The notes: generated from the sequence alone by a model not told the origin. A DNA stretch of 64,000 bases from Eledone cirrhosa (GCA_964016885.1 OZ024755.1:33728001-33792000), one strand, 5' to 3'; shown: positions 1 to 12,608, counted from the first letter of the stretch. Program-made: numbers and translations.

Positions 1-982
1 AGACAGACAGACAACCACAGTTTTATATATATAGATTATTTACAATTTGCATGTAGACAGGTTTCTCTGGAAATAGAGTTGGGGAGTGCTGAGGGTATTA
101 CATGACTGTATCATCATGTAGGCAGTACAGAGTTATATGATGAGGAAGATTTAGTTGTTATTTCTAGCAGGATGAATGACTTTATATAGACGCTCTCTTA
201 ACAGTTCTTTGTTTTTGGTGAGAGTGATGTGCTGTTTAGTTCTATACCAGCCAGGATCTAGCAAACCTTTATTCCAGCCAGGAACATATCCTTTGCTAGG
301 CATAGTATATCTAAAACAACATTATCAAATGTGTTCGTCTGTTTTTCTAGAAGGCAGGGTGTGTATTTACATAAATGTGGCTGCTATATCTGGCAGCTTA
401 TATCTATTCTTATCAACCAATATCAGCTACTCTCAATATTTGTCAACAAATTTATTACAAGCACTGCATTTCTTATTAACAAATGCCTGTGATTCTATTG
501 CCCAATATACCATATCAAAAGCTATCAATTTACTACAATTGCGTGTCTTTATAAGCTCATCTAACAATCCACAATCCATGTTTTCATTCAATTTTTATCT
601 TTAAACCTTTATAGACTGTTTACTTGAAATTGCCCTCAGCTCATTCTTCTATTTCTATCCATACTACTTCAGCATAATTTAATTCAACTATTTATGTTTC
701 TCCCTAAGGTTCATGTTAATATTACATTAATTTGAATGTAACATAAGGGTATCTTTTAAATTTTATTTCCATTTCTTATAATGATCTACAGGAGACAAAC
801 TTTTTAGTAAGATTATAGCTCAAACAACTTCTGTTAAACACATTGGAATATTATGCAGTTTTATTTCCAGAAATTCCAGTAAATTGAAAGTTGGATATCT
901 TGGTTGTCTTCATTGTCTAAATCTATTTCCATTCCTAGTCTACAACTGAAAGAATCTTCCTTTTTTATAGATGTTAGCCCGA

Positions 983-1397
983 TTAACCCTTTACCATTTA
1001 AACCGGCCATATCCAGCCAGAATGTTGCCACCTATTTCTGATCAAACTGACTGTAAACAGTCACGCATATTGATGTTAAGGTATTGTTCTCAAAATAAAC
1101 AGTATCAAAATCTCGTAGATTCAATATTATGTGAGATAATTATGTGAAATAAAGTGTTTACTGTGAAAATATAATAGTATATATAATTGTTTCTACTTTT
1201 GGGACAAGGCCAGCAATTATCCCAGGGCATTACTGGTACTTTATTTTATCGACCCCGGAAGGATGAAAGGCAAAGTTAACCTTGGCAGGATTTGAACTCA
1301 GATCGTAAAGAGACGTAACTATACTCGAAAGCATGGCGTCTGACCCTCTACCGATACTGCCAATCCACAGTATATAATTTAAATATTAAAGGGTTAA
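983..1397 (+). mobile_element. piggyBac-like MITE with a nested SINE A
   Basis: ttaaccctttaccattta ... taaatattaaagggttaa. Confidence 0.8.
1183..1368 (-). mobile_element. SINE family A, nested in a piggyBac-like MITE
   Basis: Reverse complement of the family A consensus. Confidence 0.85.
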
Positions 1398-1550
1398 GAC
1401 AGAAAATGTATCAAACAAATGATCAAGAGGACTCTTCAGTTATGTCAAAGACACGACAACTTACATAATGTTGCTGTCACAATAAAATGCACCCAATACA
1501 CTCTGTAAAGGGCAGAAATATAAGCAGGAAATTACCCTAACCTAAGAGGT

Positions 1551-1705
1551 CAGTGGCTCAGACTGAATACTGATTTGATCTCAGTAGATCAAACTAAATA
1601 CTGATTTGGTCTCAGTGACTCAGACTAAATACTGATTTGATCTCAGTAGATCAAACTAAATACTGATTTGGTCTCAGTGACTCAGACTAAATACTGATTT
1701 CGTCT
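1551..1705. repeat. 31-bp tandem repeat x5 with alternating variants
   Basis: cagtgactcagactaaatactgatttg(a/g)tct. Confidence 0.9.
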
Positions 1706-2011
1706 TTGTCAACCCATTTGACCTTTGCTAGCAGGGAACACAGGTGTTAGATAATGATGATGATGATGAAAATATATATATTTATATTTTTAAAATAAAT
1801 TATTAGGATTGTTTAACTCGATGTTACAGAGTGCTCAACTGGAATTTGAGAGGTATGAAGTTCAATTTTTTATAGAGGCTGTGGGTCACTTTTCCCACCT
1901 ATAAGGGTTTTCTAACCCCATTTTCTAAGCCCTAATTTATAGCAATCGACTGTGATTACATATTTATGGATGTCATATGTAATCACAGTCGATTGCTATA
2001 AATTAGGGTTT

Positions 2012-2238
2012 AGAAAGAATCATTGGACAGATTTTACGGGCAAAACCAACCGGCAGGATACCCATGGGTAGACCTTGAACAAGATGGTTGGCTAACATCT
2101 ATGAGCTTGGCTGGTCTTGCTTGGGGATCTAGCTAGATCAGTTGGAGATGGCTGCTTCTGACAGGACCTTCTGGAAGGAGTGTTTGAGGACTCTTCCTCT
2201 ACAACCCTCTCAGGAATAAGTGGGCAAAGAAGAAAATG
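2012..2238 (+). mobile_element. RTE (Expander-like) LINE 3' fragment
   Basis: ERIIGQILRAKPTGRIPMGRP*TRWL...ASDRTFWKECLRTLPLQP; longer copy at 44095-44445. Confidence 0.75.
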
Positions 2239-2271
2239 TAGGAAAAAAAAAGAAGAAAAATAACTATTTAC

Positions 2272-2324
2272 CTTAAAAGCATATTTTTTCTGTTGTGTAG
2301 CAGAAGTCCCATGATGGTGAAAAC
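2272..2324 (-). CDS. Candidate 53-nt internal exon of an unidentified host gene
   Basis: tttctcattattcag|GTTTTCACC...GCTTTTAAG|gtaaat. Two open frames (xFHHHGTSATQQKKYAFK or VFTIMGLLLHNRKNMLL). Unique sequence between repeats. Confidence 0.3.
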
Positions 2325-2344
2325 CTGAATAATGAGAAATAGAG

Positions 2345-2405
<61 letters not shown>

Positions 2406-2578
2406 GATGATGATGGTGAGGAAGAGGAGGAGGAGAAGAAGAAGACTGTGATTATAGTTATTTTCTATATTTGAGGTTTCTATAATTTTTAAGTATATGT
2501 TAATTTAATCCTAAGACTTAATACAAATAAAATAGAGAGTTTAATTTACTGAAGAAGCACTTTTGTTTTGAATAAATA

Positions 2579-3252
2579 CAGTAGAACCTCGGTTCATGAA
2601 CACTTCTCATCACAAACAAATCAGTTCACGAACAATTTTTCCGAACATAAAACGTCTCAATAAATGAACGGTGTCTCAAGTAACGAAAGGTGTCTCAAGT
2701 AACAAAAGGTGTTTCAAGTAACGAACTGTGTCTCAAATAACGAACTGTGTCTCGAGTAATAAACGGTGTCTCAAGTAACGAACAGTGTCTCAAGTAACGA
2801 ACAGTGTCTCAAGTAACGAACGGTGTCTCAAGTAACGAACTGTGTCTCGAGCAACGAACGGTGCCTCGAGTAACGAATGGTGTCTCTATTAACGAACTGT
2901 GTCTCAAGTAATGAAAGGTGTCTCAAGTAATGAAAGGTGTCTCAAGTAACGAATGGTCTCAAGTAACGAATGGTGTCTCAAGTAACGAATGGTCTCAAGT
3001 AATGAATGGTCTCAAGTAACGAATGGTATCTAAAGTAACAAACTTGCAGCCTGGCAACAACAGTTGACAACAAGCTTGGAGTATTGGTGGGAAAGTGTCA
3101 CTTGCTGTGTAGTTAGTTACTATGATGATATCTATTAGTTTTTCACACACAGTCTCTCCCTCAACATTTCACATGTGAAAAATAGTTTTGGTTTACAGGC
3201 ATTTCTGGTGATGAACAGGTTTCAGGGATGAATTTATTCATGAACCAAGGTT
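2579..3252. mobile_element. Tigger/pogo-like MITE with an internal 20-bp tandem array
   Basis: ta-cagtagaacctcggttcatgaa ... ttcatgaaccaaggtt. The unit ggtgtctcaagtaacgaac(g) is repeated over about 2665-3040. Confidence 0.7.
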
Positions 3253-3261
3253 ATATTAAGT

Positions 3262-3632
3262 AATTGTTTCTACTTTTGGCACAAAGATAGTAATTTCCTC
3301 AGTACATTACTGGTACTTTATTTTATCGACCCTGTAAGGATAAAAAGCAAAGTTAACCTCGGAGGGATTTGAACTCAGGCTGTAAAGGGCCGTAACTCTA
3401 TGCTGCAAAACATAGCGTCCAACCCTCTACCGATATTGCCAATCCAAAATATTAAATAATTGTTTCTACTTGTTGGCACAAGGCCAGCAATTACCCCAGT
3501 GCATTACTGGTACTTTATTTTATCGACCTCCGTAAGGATGAAAGGCAAAGTTAACCTCGGCTGGATTTGAACTCAGAATGGCAAGGGTCGTAACACTATG
3601 CGTCAAAGCATGGCGTCAACCCTCTACCGATA
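3262..3632 (-). mobile_element. Two tandem SINE family A copies
   Basis: About 3262-3446 and 3458-3632. Confidence 0.85.
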
Positions 3633-3722
3633 TAATATTGTTAACACTTATTTGAAGTAACAATGTAATTTTAGTTACTGTTAAAGCCACTGGTAGAACC
3701 TAGAGTGTAGTTTATGAAGTTT

Positions 3723-4370
3723 GGGTTAGAGGAAGAAAGGAAGATAAAAAGAGTATGGGTTAGAGGAAGAAAGGAAGATAAAAAGAGTATGGGTTAGAGG
3801 AAGAAAGGAAGATAAAAAGAGTATGGGTTAGAGGAAGAAAGGAAGATAAAAAGAGTATGGGTTAGAGGAAGAAAGGAAGATAAAAAGAGTATGGGTTAGA
3901 GGAAGAAAGGAAGATAAAAAGAGTATGGGTTAGAGGAAGAAAGGAAGATAAAAAGAGTATGGGTTAGAGGAAGAAAGGAAGATAAAAAGAGTTTGGGTTA
4001 GAGGAAGAAAGGAAGATAAAAAGAGTATGGGTTAGAGGAAGAAAGGAAGATAAAAAGAGTATGGGTTAGAGGAAGAAAGGAAGATAAAAAAATATGGGTT
4101 AGAGGAAGAAAGGAAGATAAAAAGAGTATGGGTTAGAGGAAGAAAGGAAGATAAAAAGAGTATGGGTTAGAGGAAGAAAGGAAGATAAAAAGAGTATGGG
4201 TTAGAGGAAGAAAGGAAGATAAAAAGAGTATGGGTTAGAGGAAGAAAGGAAGATAAAAAGAGTATGGGTTAGAGGAAGAAAGGAAGATAAAAAGAGTATG
4301 GGTTAGAGGAAGAAAGGAAGATAAAAAGAGTATGGGTTAGAGGAAGAAAGGAAGATAAAAAGAGTATGGG
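3723..4370. repeat. 34-bp purine-rich minisatellite, about 19 copies
   Basis: gggttagaggaagaaaggaagataaaaagagtat. Confidence 0.95.
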
Positions 4371-4467
4371 CTAGGAGGAAGTGTTTTATGAAGGGTAAAT
4401 CAAAGTTTGAAGGGATGTATTTTCCCTAGTCTCTTTGTTTAACAAATATCCAATGCTAAGCAGTAGA

Positions 4468-4800
4468 TACACACATGTATACACAAACGCATACATATGC
4501 ACACACATACAAACACATGCATTCACAACACACACATGAACACATACATACACATTCACACACAGACACCTACATATACATACATACACATTCACACACA
4601 GACACATACATACATACATACACATTCACACACAGACACCTACATATACATGCATACACATTCACACACAGACAGACACATACATACATACACATTCACA
4701 CACAGACACCTACATATACATGCACACACATTCATGCACAGACACATACATACATACATACACATTCACACACAGACACGTACATATACATACACACACA
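4468..4800. repeat. Compound (CA)/(TACA) repeat
   Basis: Low complexity, with recurring cacattcacacacagacac. Confidence 0.9.
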
Positions 4801-5344
4801 TCCATCTTTTCTCATATAAATAAAAACATTAAATAAAAAACCATTTGATAGGTCAAAGGCAGCAATTAATTATCAATAATCAATACACTGGGTCATAATT
4901 AATCAAAACTATTCGATAGTACATCAGGAATAATCACTCCTAAACAGGGAACATAGGGCAGTAACAATGAACATTAAAATAATAGTGTACAGTTCAACTG
5001 ATGTATAAGTTCTCTGTAATTAATTGTTTCTACTCTAATTAATGTGCAGAAAATCCGATAGTTTGCAATGTTCAGAGTTTGTTACTGTTAAGGTCTATAT
5101 TGAATATTCCACTTAGACTATGCAGCATATTCATCAGGGTTCAACATAGGTTTGCAGTTGAAGACTTTGGTTACTATATTTCTATGATTTTCAAATAATT
5201 TGAAAAAATGCGCAAGAATTTGGATGAAATTAGTAATATAATTTTCTCCTTATTTAGTATTTGGAGCATAATTTAACAAAGGTTCTTACATAAAATGATG
5301 ATTTAAGGGTTTTAGATAAATATTCACAATTAGCTGGACAGCTC

Positions 5345-5590
5345 ACAGAACAAATGAATCTGTCCTGGAAGTATTTTGGTCATGTTATGAGGGCCCAAAA
5401 TTTGACTACCCACATCCTTGAGGGACGAATACAGGGGAAAAGGAGCAGGAGATGGCAGAAAAGGAGATGGTCAGATAATATTAAGGAATGGACAAGAAGG
5501 AGTTTGGCAGAGACAGGAAAAAATGGAGAGTGCTGGTCCATAAGTCCATGGCCCCGATCCTCAGATATGAGGATGGGATGAGGCTAGACT
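5345..5590 (+). mobile_element. RTE LINE 3' fragment
   Basis: YFGHVMRAQNLTTHILEGRIQGKRSRRWQKRRWSDNIKEWT. Confidence 0.8.
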
Positions 5591-6285
5591 AGATAAATAT
5601 AAACACTTTGAAACAAGAAGAACCAGGACTAAATTTAGCAACTAATGTTTACTTAATGCAGGTTTTGTCTAAAACATTTTGGTAAGCAAATCTTCTTCAG
5701 TAAATAAATTTTTAAGGCCTCAGTGGTGCAGAGATTACAGAATTAGATGTTGCCCATATTTTGGCTATTTTCAGCTCAGTGCTCCCCTCAGAAACATAAG
5801 GCAACACCAATAATGTTTTGCCCAAAGCACCAACATAATGTTGACACTCTGTTGTATAGGTTACCTAGCCGTGGCTCACATATAAAGATATGTGTATGTA
5901 TGTATGTGTATATATATGAACATTTGTGCCTCTGTTTGTATATGAATGTAGTAAAACATTACTCATAAATACATAAAAAATAAACAAGTAAACTAAAAGA
6001 AAGTAAAGGTTTTATATTCATCTGTTTTCAAAACAAAATTGTACTAAAAAACAACAAAAACTGCCAACATTTGACCATTTCATCTCTCAATGTCATTCTG
6101 TTTATTAGATTTTTTAGAAATTTTATCCACTGTTTCTACCCCATTGTCTTCTATCATCTCAATGATAAATAGTGAGCAAAGTTATATACATCTGTATATA
6201 ACTTACACTGATATGATGATGATGATGATGATATTGGGGCATCAAGTATTTGTGTGTGTGTGTGTGTATATATATATAAACACAC

Positions 6286-6327
<42 letters not shown>

Positions 6328-6666
6328 CATATTTATACATAAAAGCATCACCAGGCATACATAATTTCTAGCTTTTAGAAAAATTAAAATGCTGATAGGA
6401 AAGAAAAAAAGTAAAAAGAAGAAAAATATCCCCAAATCAATGAAATGGTTTCCATAGCAACTGAAGTTTCTAATCCTGTAGAAATTGTTAGTTTGCGAAT
6501 GGGACCTTGAGAAATATAGGGGGCTTGAGCTAATGGAAGACTGCAGGTATCAGGTTGGGGTTTCATATAAGAGGGTTGGCTATATTATTTACATTTTTAA
6601 CAGAAAATATTGCTATAAGATGATGGTATAGGACAGAACAAAGGAGAGACACAAAATAACAAATTA

Positions 6667-6709
6667 GTCACTGAGGAGGTCACGAAATGTGTGACGAAAG
6701 AGCTTTGAC
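6667..6709 (+). ncRNA. Minimal type I hammerhead ribozyme motif (family H1)
   Basis: gtca-CTGAGGA-g-gtcac(gaaatgt)gtgac-GAAA-gagc-TT-tgac. Stem I gtca/tgac, stem II gtcac/gtgac, one extra nucleotide after A9. Homologous to 10945 and 46395. Confidence 0.7.
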
Positions 6710-6794
6710 AACAAATAAACAACCATCCAGTTACGAAGTGGAAACTTATGTAAGGTAAAGCCGTTACCACAAATACAATAGTATATACAGAGTA

Positions 6795-7015
6795 GACATG
6801 TGGCTGAGTGGTTAGAGAATTGGATTCACACTCTTGAGGTTGTGAGTTCGATTCCTGGACCGGGCGATGTGTTATTTCCTTGAGCAAGACACTTTATTTC
6901 ACGTTGCTCCTTCTACCTGGAGTTGCGACCGATAGATAGTACTAGCAACTGGAAAGACCAGTGGAAACCTTGTTTCCTTGGTCCGATTTGACGAAAGTCG
7001 ATCGTTTCTTTTATT
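6795..7015 (+). mobile_element. SINE with a B-like tRNA/CORE head and a different tail
   Basis: catgtggctgagtggttagag...gagttcgattcc...ccttgagcaagacac, flanked by the repeat tatacagagta inside a MITE remnant. Confidence 0.65.
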
Positions 7016-7060
7016 TATACAGAGTAATGTAAATGCTAAAGGGTTAATACATTATTTTAT

Positions 7061-7241
7061 TTGGCAGTATCGGTAGAGGGTCGGACCCATGCTTTGCAGC
7101 AAAGAGTTACAGCCCTTTATGGTCTGAGTTCAAATCCCGCCGAGGTTAACTTTGCCTTTCATCTTTACAGGGTCGATAAAATAAAGTACCAGTAATACAC
7201 TGCGTAATTGCTGGCCTTGTGCCAAAAGTAGAAACAATTAT
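7061..7241 (+). mobile_element. SINE family A
   Basis: Match to the family consensus. Confidence 0.85.
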
Positions 7242-7635
7242 TTTATTTACACATGTTTCATTGAAATACAGGGGCAGGTAACATTTAATACATCTGTATA
7301 GAAGTCGTCAGCATCATTAGATAAAGCTTTAATTAATTTAGCCGTGTTCTCTTGAGCTCTGCTAGAGTCAGCAGCAACAAACACAGTCTTGTGTTGCTAA
7401 ACACAAGGAAAAAAAGAATGATGATACCAAGAGAGATATGTATATTTATATCTAAACATCGTTATTATCATTCCCAGATGTCTCTCTGAGTTCAAAGTAA
7501 AATACATGTTCATATAAGAAAGATATTTTGTTACCAACCGCATGTTTAGTGTCTCCAGACATGAACATTTGAAAAACGAAAGCAGCAACTTTAAAAGTAT
7601 GGAAGGCTAGACGTGTAAAATAATTTTAAAAAAAA

Positions 7636-7830
7636 CTATATATATATTAAACTGAGGATGTCTGTCTGTGTGTGTGAGTTTGAATCCCTAAAACTAGAGA
7701 AGCACCCAACCGACTGTTTTCAAACTTTACACATGTAATACTTATGTTTCAGTGTGTGTTCTGAGCAAAAAAATCTCAAATTTTCAATGACTTAGGGACC
7801 GCATTAGGCGATTTAGCGATCTCTCTTTAT
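7636..7830 (+). mobile_element. Possible non-autonomous Helitron/Helentron-type repeat 5' part
   Basis: ctatatatatattaaactgaggatgtctgtctgtgtg...caaccga...ttcaaactttacac; resemblance only. Confidence 0.3.
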
Positions 7831-7887
7831 AATTCTTAGTCTTTCTCTTTTTAGATAGATACATACATATAACGTCGCGCCCTTATA

Positions 7888-8068
7888 ATTCTTTCTATTT
7901 TAGGCACAAGGCCAGCAATTATCCAGTGCATTACTGGTACTTTATTTTATCGACCCCGTAAGGATGAAAAGCAAAGTCAACCTCGACGGGATTTGAACTC
8001 AGATCGTAAAGGGACGTAACTATGCTGGAACGCATGGCGTCCGACCCTCTACCGATACTGCCAATCCA
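7888..8068 (-). mobile_element. SINE family A
   Basis: Match to the family consensus. Confidence 0.85.
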
Positions 8069-8254
8069 ATCTGTCTGTATGTCTGAATGTCTGCATTACG
8101 TCACTTCCTACAATTCGCTCTGCATCCAGAACGTGCCCATATAATATCTGTCTGTATGTCTGCTGTAATAATATTGCCAGAAATATATGTGTATATATAT
8201 ATATATACGTATACATATATATGTGTATATATATACATATATATGTGTATATTT

Positions 8255-8773
<519 letters not shown>

Positions 8774-9619
8774 TTATTTTTACAACCAGCCTGGATGATA
8801 GCAATGTGTCACTCAGATATTGAAAGGAAATAGTGGGTAATGGGTTAAAATGTTCAATGACACATACGTCATAAATCATAAGCTGAATGTCCTATGATAC
8901 CAACAACCATTCATCATATTTAAAGTTCGTTGGAAGAAAATTAGGAAATATGGCAGCAGGTTGAATTTAATTCAGATATATGTTTGTCAAATATATTTTT
9001 CCTTAATTAGTCAGAGAGGGTAACATAGCAGCCATGAGCATAGAAGGCATGTACAGGCCAATATATTTGACATATTGGTTGTTTTATTGAAACTGTCGAA
9101 TCCAAGAATGAATTCCATAGGGTTGCACACAGGTGGAAGAATGATTGAGTGAAGGATTTAGTAAATTTTGGCAAAGAAATGGCATTTAACTATATATATA
9201 TATATATATATGTATGTGTATATGTATATATATATATATGTATGTGTATATGTATATATATATATGTATATATATATATATGAATATATATAGATAAATC
9301 TACCAAAATATACGGTAGTGTCCAATCCGTATGAAGAACTCAATGTAATCCAAATATCATGAAAAGAGAAGATGTATTCAAAAATTTTTTTCAATGAAAA
9401 TCTCACGAAAACAGTCAAGATAAATTAATAAAAACAATGAATAAAAACAAAGAAACAGTTCCTTATATTGAATTTTTTAATATAAGGTAATGTTTCTTTG
9501 TTTTTATTCATTGTTTTTATTAATTTATATGTATATCTATATATGTATATGTATATATATGTATATATATATGTATATATATATATATGTATATATATAT
9601 ATGTATATATATGTATATA

Positions 9620-9674
<55 letters not shown>

Positions 9675-9713
9675 GTATATATATGTACATATATATATAT
9701 ATATATATGTATG

Positions 9714-9794
<81 letters not shown>

Positions 9795-9872
9795 ATATTT
9801 ATATATATGTATGTATATATATATATGTATATATATATGTATGGATATATATGTATGTATGTATATATATAT

Positions 9873-10484
9873 GTCAGGTCACCAGTTGGTGCTACTGGTA
9901 ACATGTATCCCAGTACAACCTGTCTCATGGTCGGGTCGTTGGCGACTAAACTGGCAACCCCACCAAGGTTTCTTGGTGAGGAGGGTGACTTTGGACATCC
10001 TGCAGGACTAAAAACAGAACCTGTCAAAGGGCAAAGGAGCTCTTAAGAGTCAATGGCCATCCAAAATCACCGGGAGAGATGACCCCTTAGCCTTTGTCAA
10101 GGCAGAATTCTAGGAGAAGGAAAACTCTGATATAACACCTGCAACCCTGATGGTATCCAATGATGTTGACTTGTTCTTCTTTTTGGTAAATATCATCTTG
10201 GTTAAGAGAGTGGGACTGGCTTTGTGCAGTGCCTTTGCTCACTATAAAAGCTTCACGGCACAGGCATTGCTTTATATCTGGAGATCTCTCTGCACTTGTC
10301 CTCACATGGTACCATGGGCCCAGCACTATGTGTCAATAATTGTCACAAGTGTAGTGTTTGTACCAGAGTTTTCAAGTCGCTGGCTGGACTAAAAAGTCAC
10401 ACTCATTCAGCGCTTCGGTAGGGATTCTCCTACATGGATATAAAGTAGTGGCCGTACTCGAAAACGAGTTGGCAGCCACCACCA
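9873..10484 (+). mobile_element. Internally deleted RTE-type element (5'UTR joined to 3' end) in (TA)n
   Basis: RTE-like 5'UTR motif ctaggagaaggaaaactctg. Terminal zinc-finger-like [19 protein letters not shown] at 10344-10400 and tail hairpin actcgaaaacgagt. The 5' segment is repeated at 38699-38787. Confidence 0.65.
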
Positions 10485-10498
10485 TATATATATGTATG

Positions 10499-10611
<113 letters not shown>

Positions 10612-10785
10612 ATATATCTTTATGTAAATAAATATGCATGGGTGTGTATGATTGTGTATAGAAGGTTATATTGATAAAAGGAATTCCAACTTTGTCTGAT
10701 TTACTCATTTTATTTACAATCCTTTAAAATTATAATGATATTATAATGAAATAGTATGGTAGAATATTAAATGTTCAATGTTAAT

Positions 10786-10824
10786 TGAACAATTACTTTC
10801 ATGCTTTCGCAATCTTCAGGTTCA
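10786..10824 (-). ncRNA. Minimal type I hammerhead motif
   Basis: Minus strand: tgaac-CTGAAGA-t-tgc(gaaa)gca-t-GAAA-gtaa-TT-gttca. 5-bp stem I, GNRA-capped stem II; stem III is one change away from palindromic gtac. Confidence 0.6.
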
Positions 10825-10944
10825 CATTCTGTGGTGACAGTCAAGTTTGCAATTTTCAACTGTGTCAACACAGTTGAAAATTGCAAACTTGACTGTCACC
10901 AATCAGAACAAAGGAGAGGCACAAAACAAAGAAAAGACTTCCCA

Positions 10945-10987
10945 GTCACTGAAGAGGTCACAGAATATGTGACAAAAGAACTTTGAC
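10945..10987 (+). ncRNA. Hammerhead motif family H1, core-mutated copy (GAAA>AAAA)
   Basis: gtca-CTGAAGA-ggtcacagaatatgtgac-AAAA-gaac-TT-tgac. Same family as 6667 and 46395. Confidence 0.55.
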
Positions 10988-11564
10988 AATATATGAACAA
11001 CCATCCGGTTGTGGAACCAAACAACGAACCAGAAATTTATAATAAATTGGAGTGAAAGCAACTGGTATGTGTGTTTCTTATTGGCAACATGACCCTCCCA
11101 AAGTATAACAATATCGGTTTCAACACACGTTTTCAGATAAAGAATCTTGCTAAACAAATTCAGAAACGAAATGTATATATACAATTACAACTCTACAGTA
11201 TATAAATTTATCACATATATATTTGTGTGTGTGGATGTTTGTATGTGTATGTACATAAGTATGTATGTACATGTGTATGTATGAATGTATGTATATGCGT
11301 ATGTATATAAATAGGTATGTATATAAATATGTATATATATATATATGTTTAAATATGTATACATATATGTATGTATACATGTATGTATGTATGTATGTAT
11401 ATATAAATATATATGTACAGTAGTATGTATATATATATATATATGGGAAATGAAATTTCGTTTCATTTTTTTGGTTTATCGTTTTCGGTGCACCCGGCCG
11501 ATTAACCCACTCGATATGTAAATTGGGCTACTCAGCCATTAATATGCATAAGGTAAGTATATAC

Positions 11565-11651
11565 GTTCAACAATCTGGCAGGAAGGTATATGTTGCTGAT
11601 GATAGCTAATAAGCTTGAAACTAGTACAGCATTCCTTTGTCAGTGTTGAAC
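11565..11651 (+). ncRNA. Type I hammerhead ribozyme with extended stem I
   Basis: atgttg-CTGATGA-t-agct(aata)agct-t-GAAA-ctag-TA-cagcat (11590-11632). Palindromic stem III ctag. Stem I extends through ctggca/tgtcag and gttcaaca/tgttgaac. Confidence 0.8.
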
Positions 11652-11930
11652 AAACGAGCAGCAATGGTTGCTAGACACTACGGCTTAATACGGGATGTTT
11701 GCTTACAAACACACCGAGCATTATAATAAATGTTCGGTGAATCCATACGTACATATATATATGTGTGCATGTATGTATATATATATACATACTACTGTAC
11801 ATCTGTATACATATATGTGTTCTGTTATTAATTCTGGCAATATTACACAAATATGACCCTCCCCAAGTATAACAATATTTGTTTCGACACACGATTTCAT
11901 ATAAAAAACCTTGCAAAACTATATATATAT

Positions 11931-12556
11931 ATATTAGAATATAAATATTAATAAAATAGATGTTCTTTTGATCAATTACATTTTATTATACATAAAAAAA
12001 ACCCCTAAAAGGTTGATTCTTCACCCTAAGATAACATAAATTAAATATTTTCAAACTTAACCATTTAACTTTTGGAAAAAAATCTCCTTCTGCATACATT
12101 ACCCCCTCATCTTTCCCTCTCTCTCACTGACTTATAATTCATGAAATGCTTTCCTAGATAAATTGTAGTATCATACATATTAAAATCTCTATAACTGTTA
12201 CATTAAGCAACGTTTTTCTTACTCACACATCCTCAATTGAATTTATTACGTTTTCGCATTTTCTCATTATTAGGGTATAAATGTTAAACTTTCTCTTAGG
12301 TTAATCACTACCTTGATTAAATCTTAACCATTTAACATCTCAGGGTATGTCATGTATCATTATATTTTGTCTGATGAGGACGTACTGTTGTACATCCGAA
12401 ATATGTATAATAAAATGTAATTGATCAAAAGAACATCTATTTTATTAATATTTATATTCTAATATTAATAACTCCTGAAAATTATTACCGTAGAGTGCTT
12501 CCAATCTACTGAAAAACTCATTCTTTGATATACTCTTTGAATTTTGTTTAACTCTT

Positions 12557-12560
<4 letters not shown>
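11931..12560 (+). mobile_element. PLE-like terminal fragment with 64-bp inverted duplication
   Basis: 11931-11994 is the exact reverse complement of 12402-12465. Hammerhead at 12360; flanked by (TA)n. Confidence 0.65.
12360..12420 (+). ncRNA. Type I hammerhead ribozyme (family H2)
   Basis: ttatattttgt-CTGATGA-ggacgtac(tgtt)gtacatcc-GAAA-tatgta-TA-ataaaatgtaa. 11-bp stem I, 8-bp stem II with one mismatch, near-palindromic stem III. Confidence 0.85.

Positions 12561-12608
<48 letters not shown>

Noticed and set aside
176-604. 142-aa ORF
   Set aside because: No recognisable domain. GRVCIYIN faintly recalls a decayed LINE endonuclease but is too weak to call.
3723-4370. Telomeric repeat (gggttag within the unit)
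   Set aside because: One partial motif per 34-bp unit, not (TTAGGG)n.
6482-6546. Plus-strand AG/GT-bounded open segment (KLLVCEWDLEKYRGLELMEDC)
   Set aside because: Weak donor site, and it lies between (TA)n and an H1-family insert, so it is probably part of the repeat.
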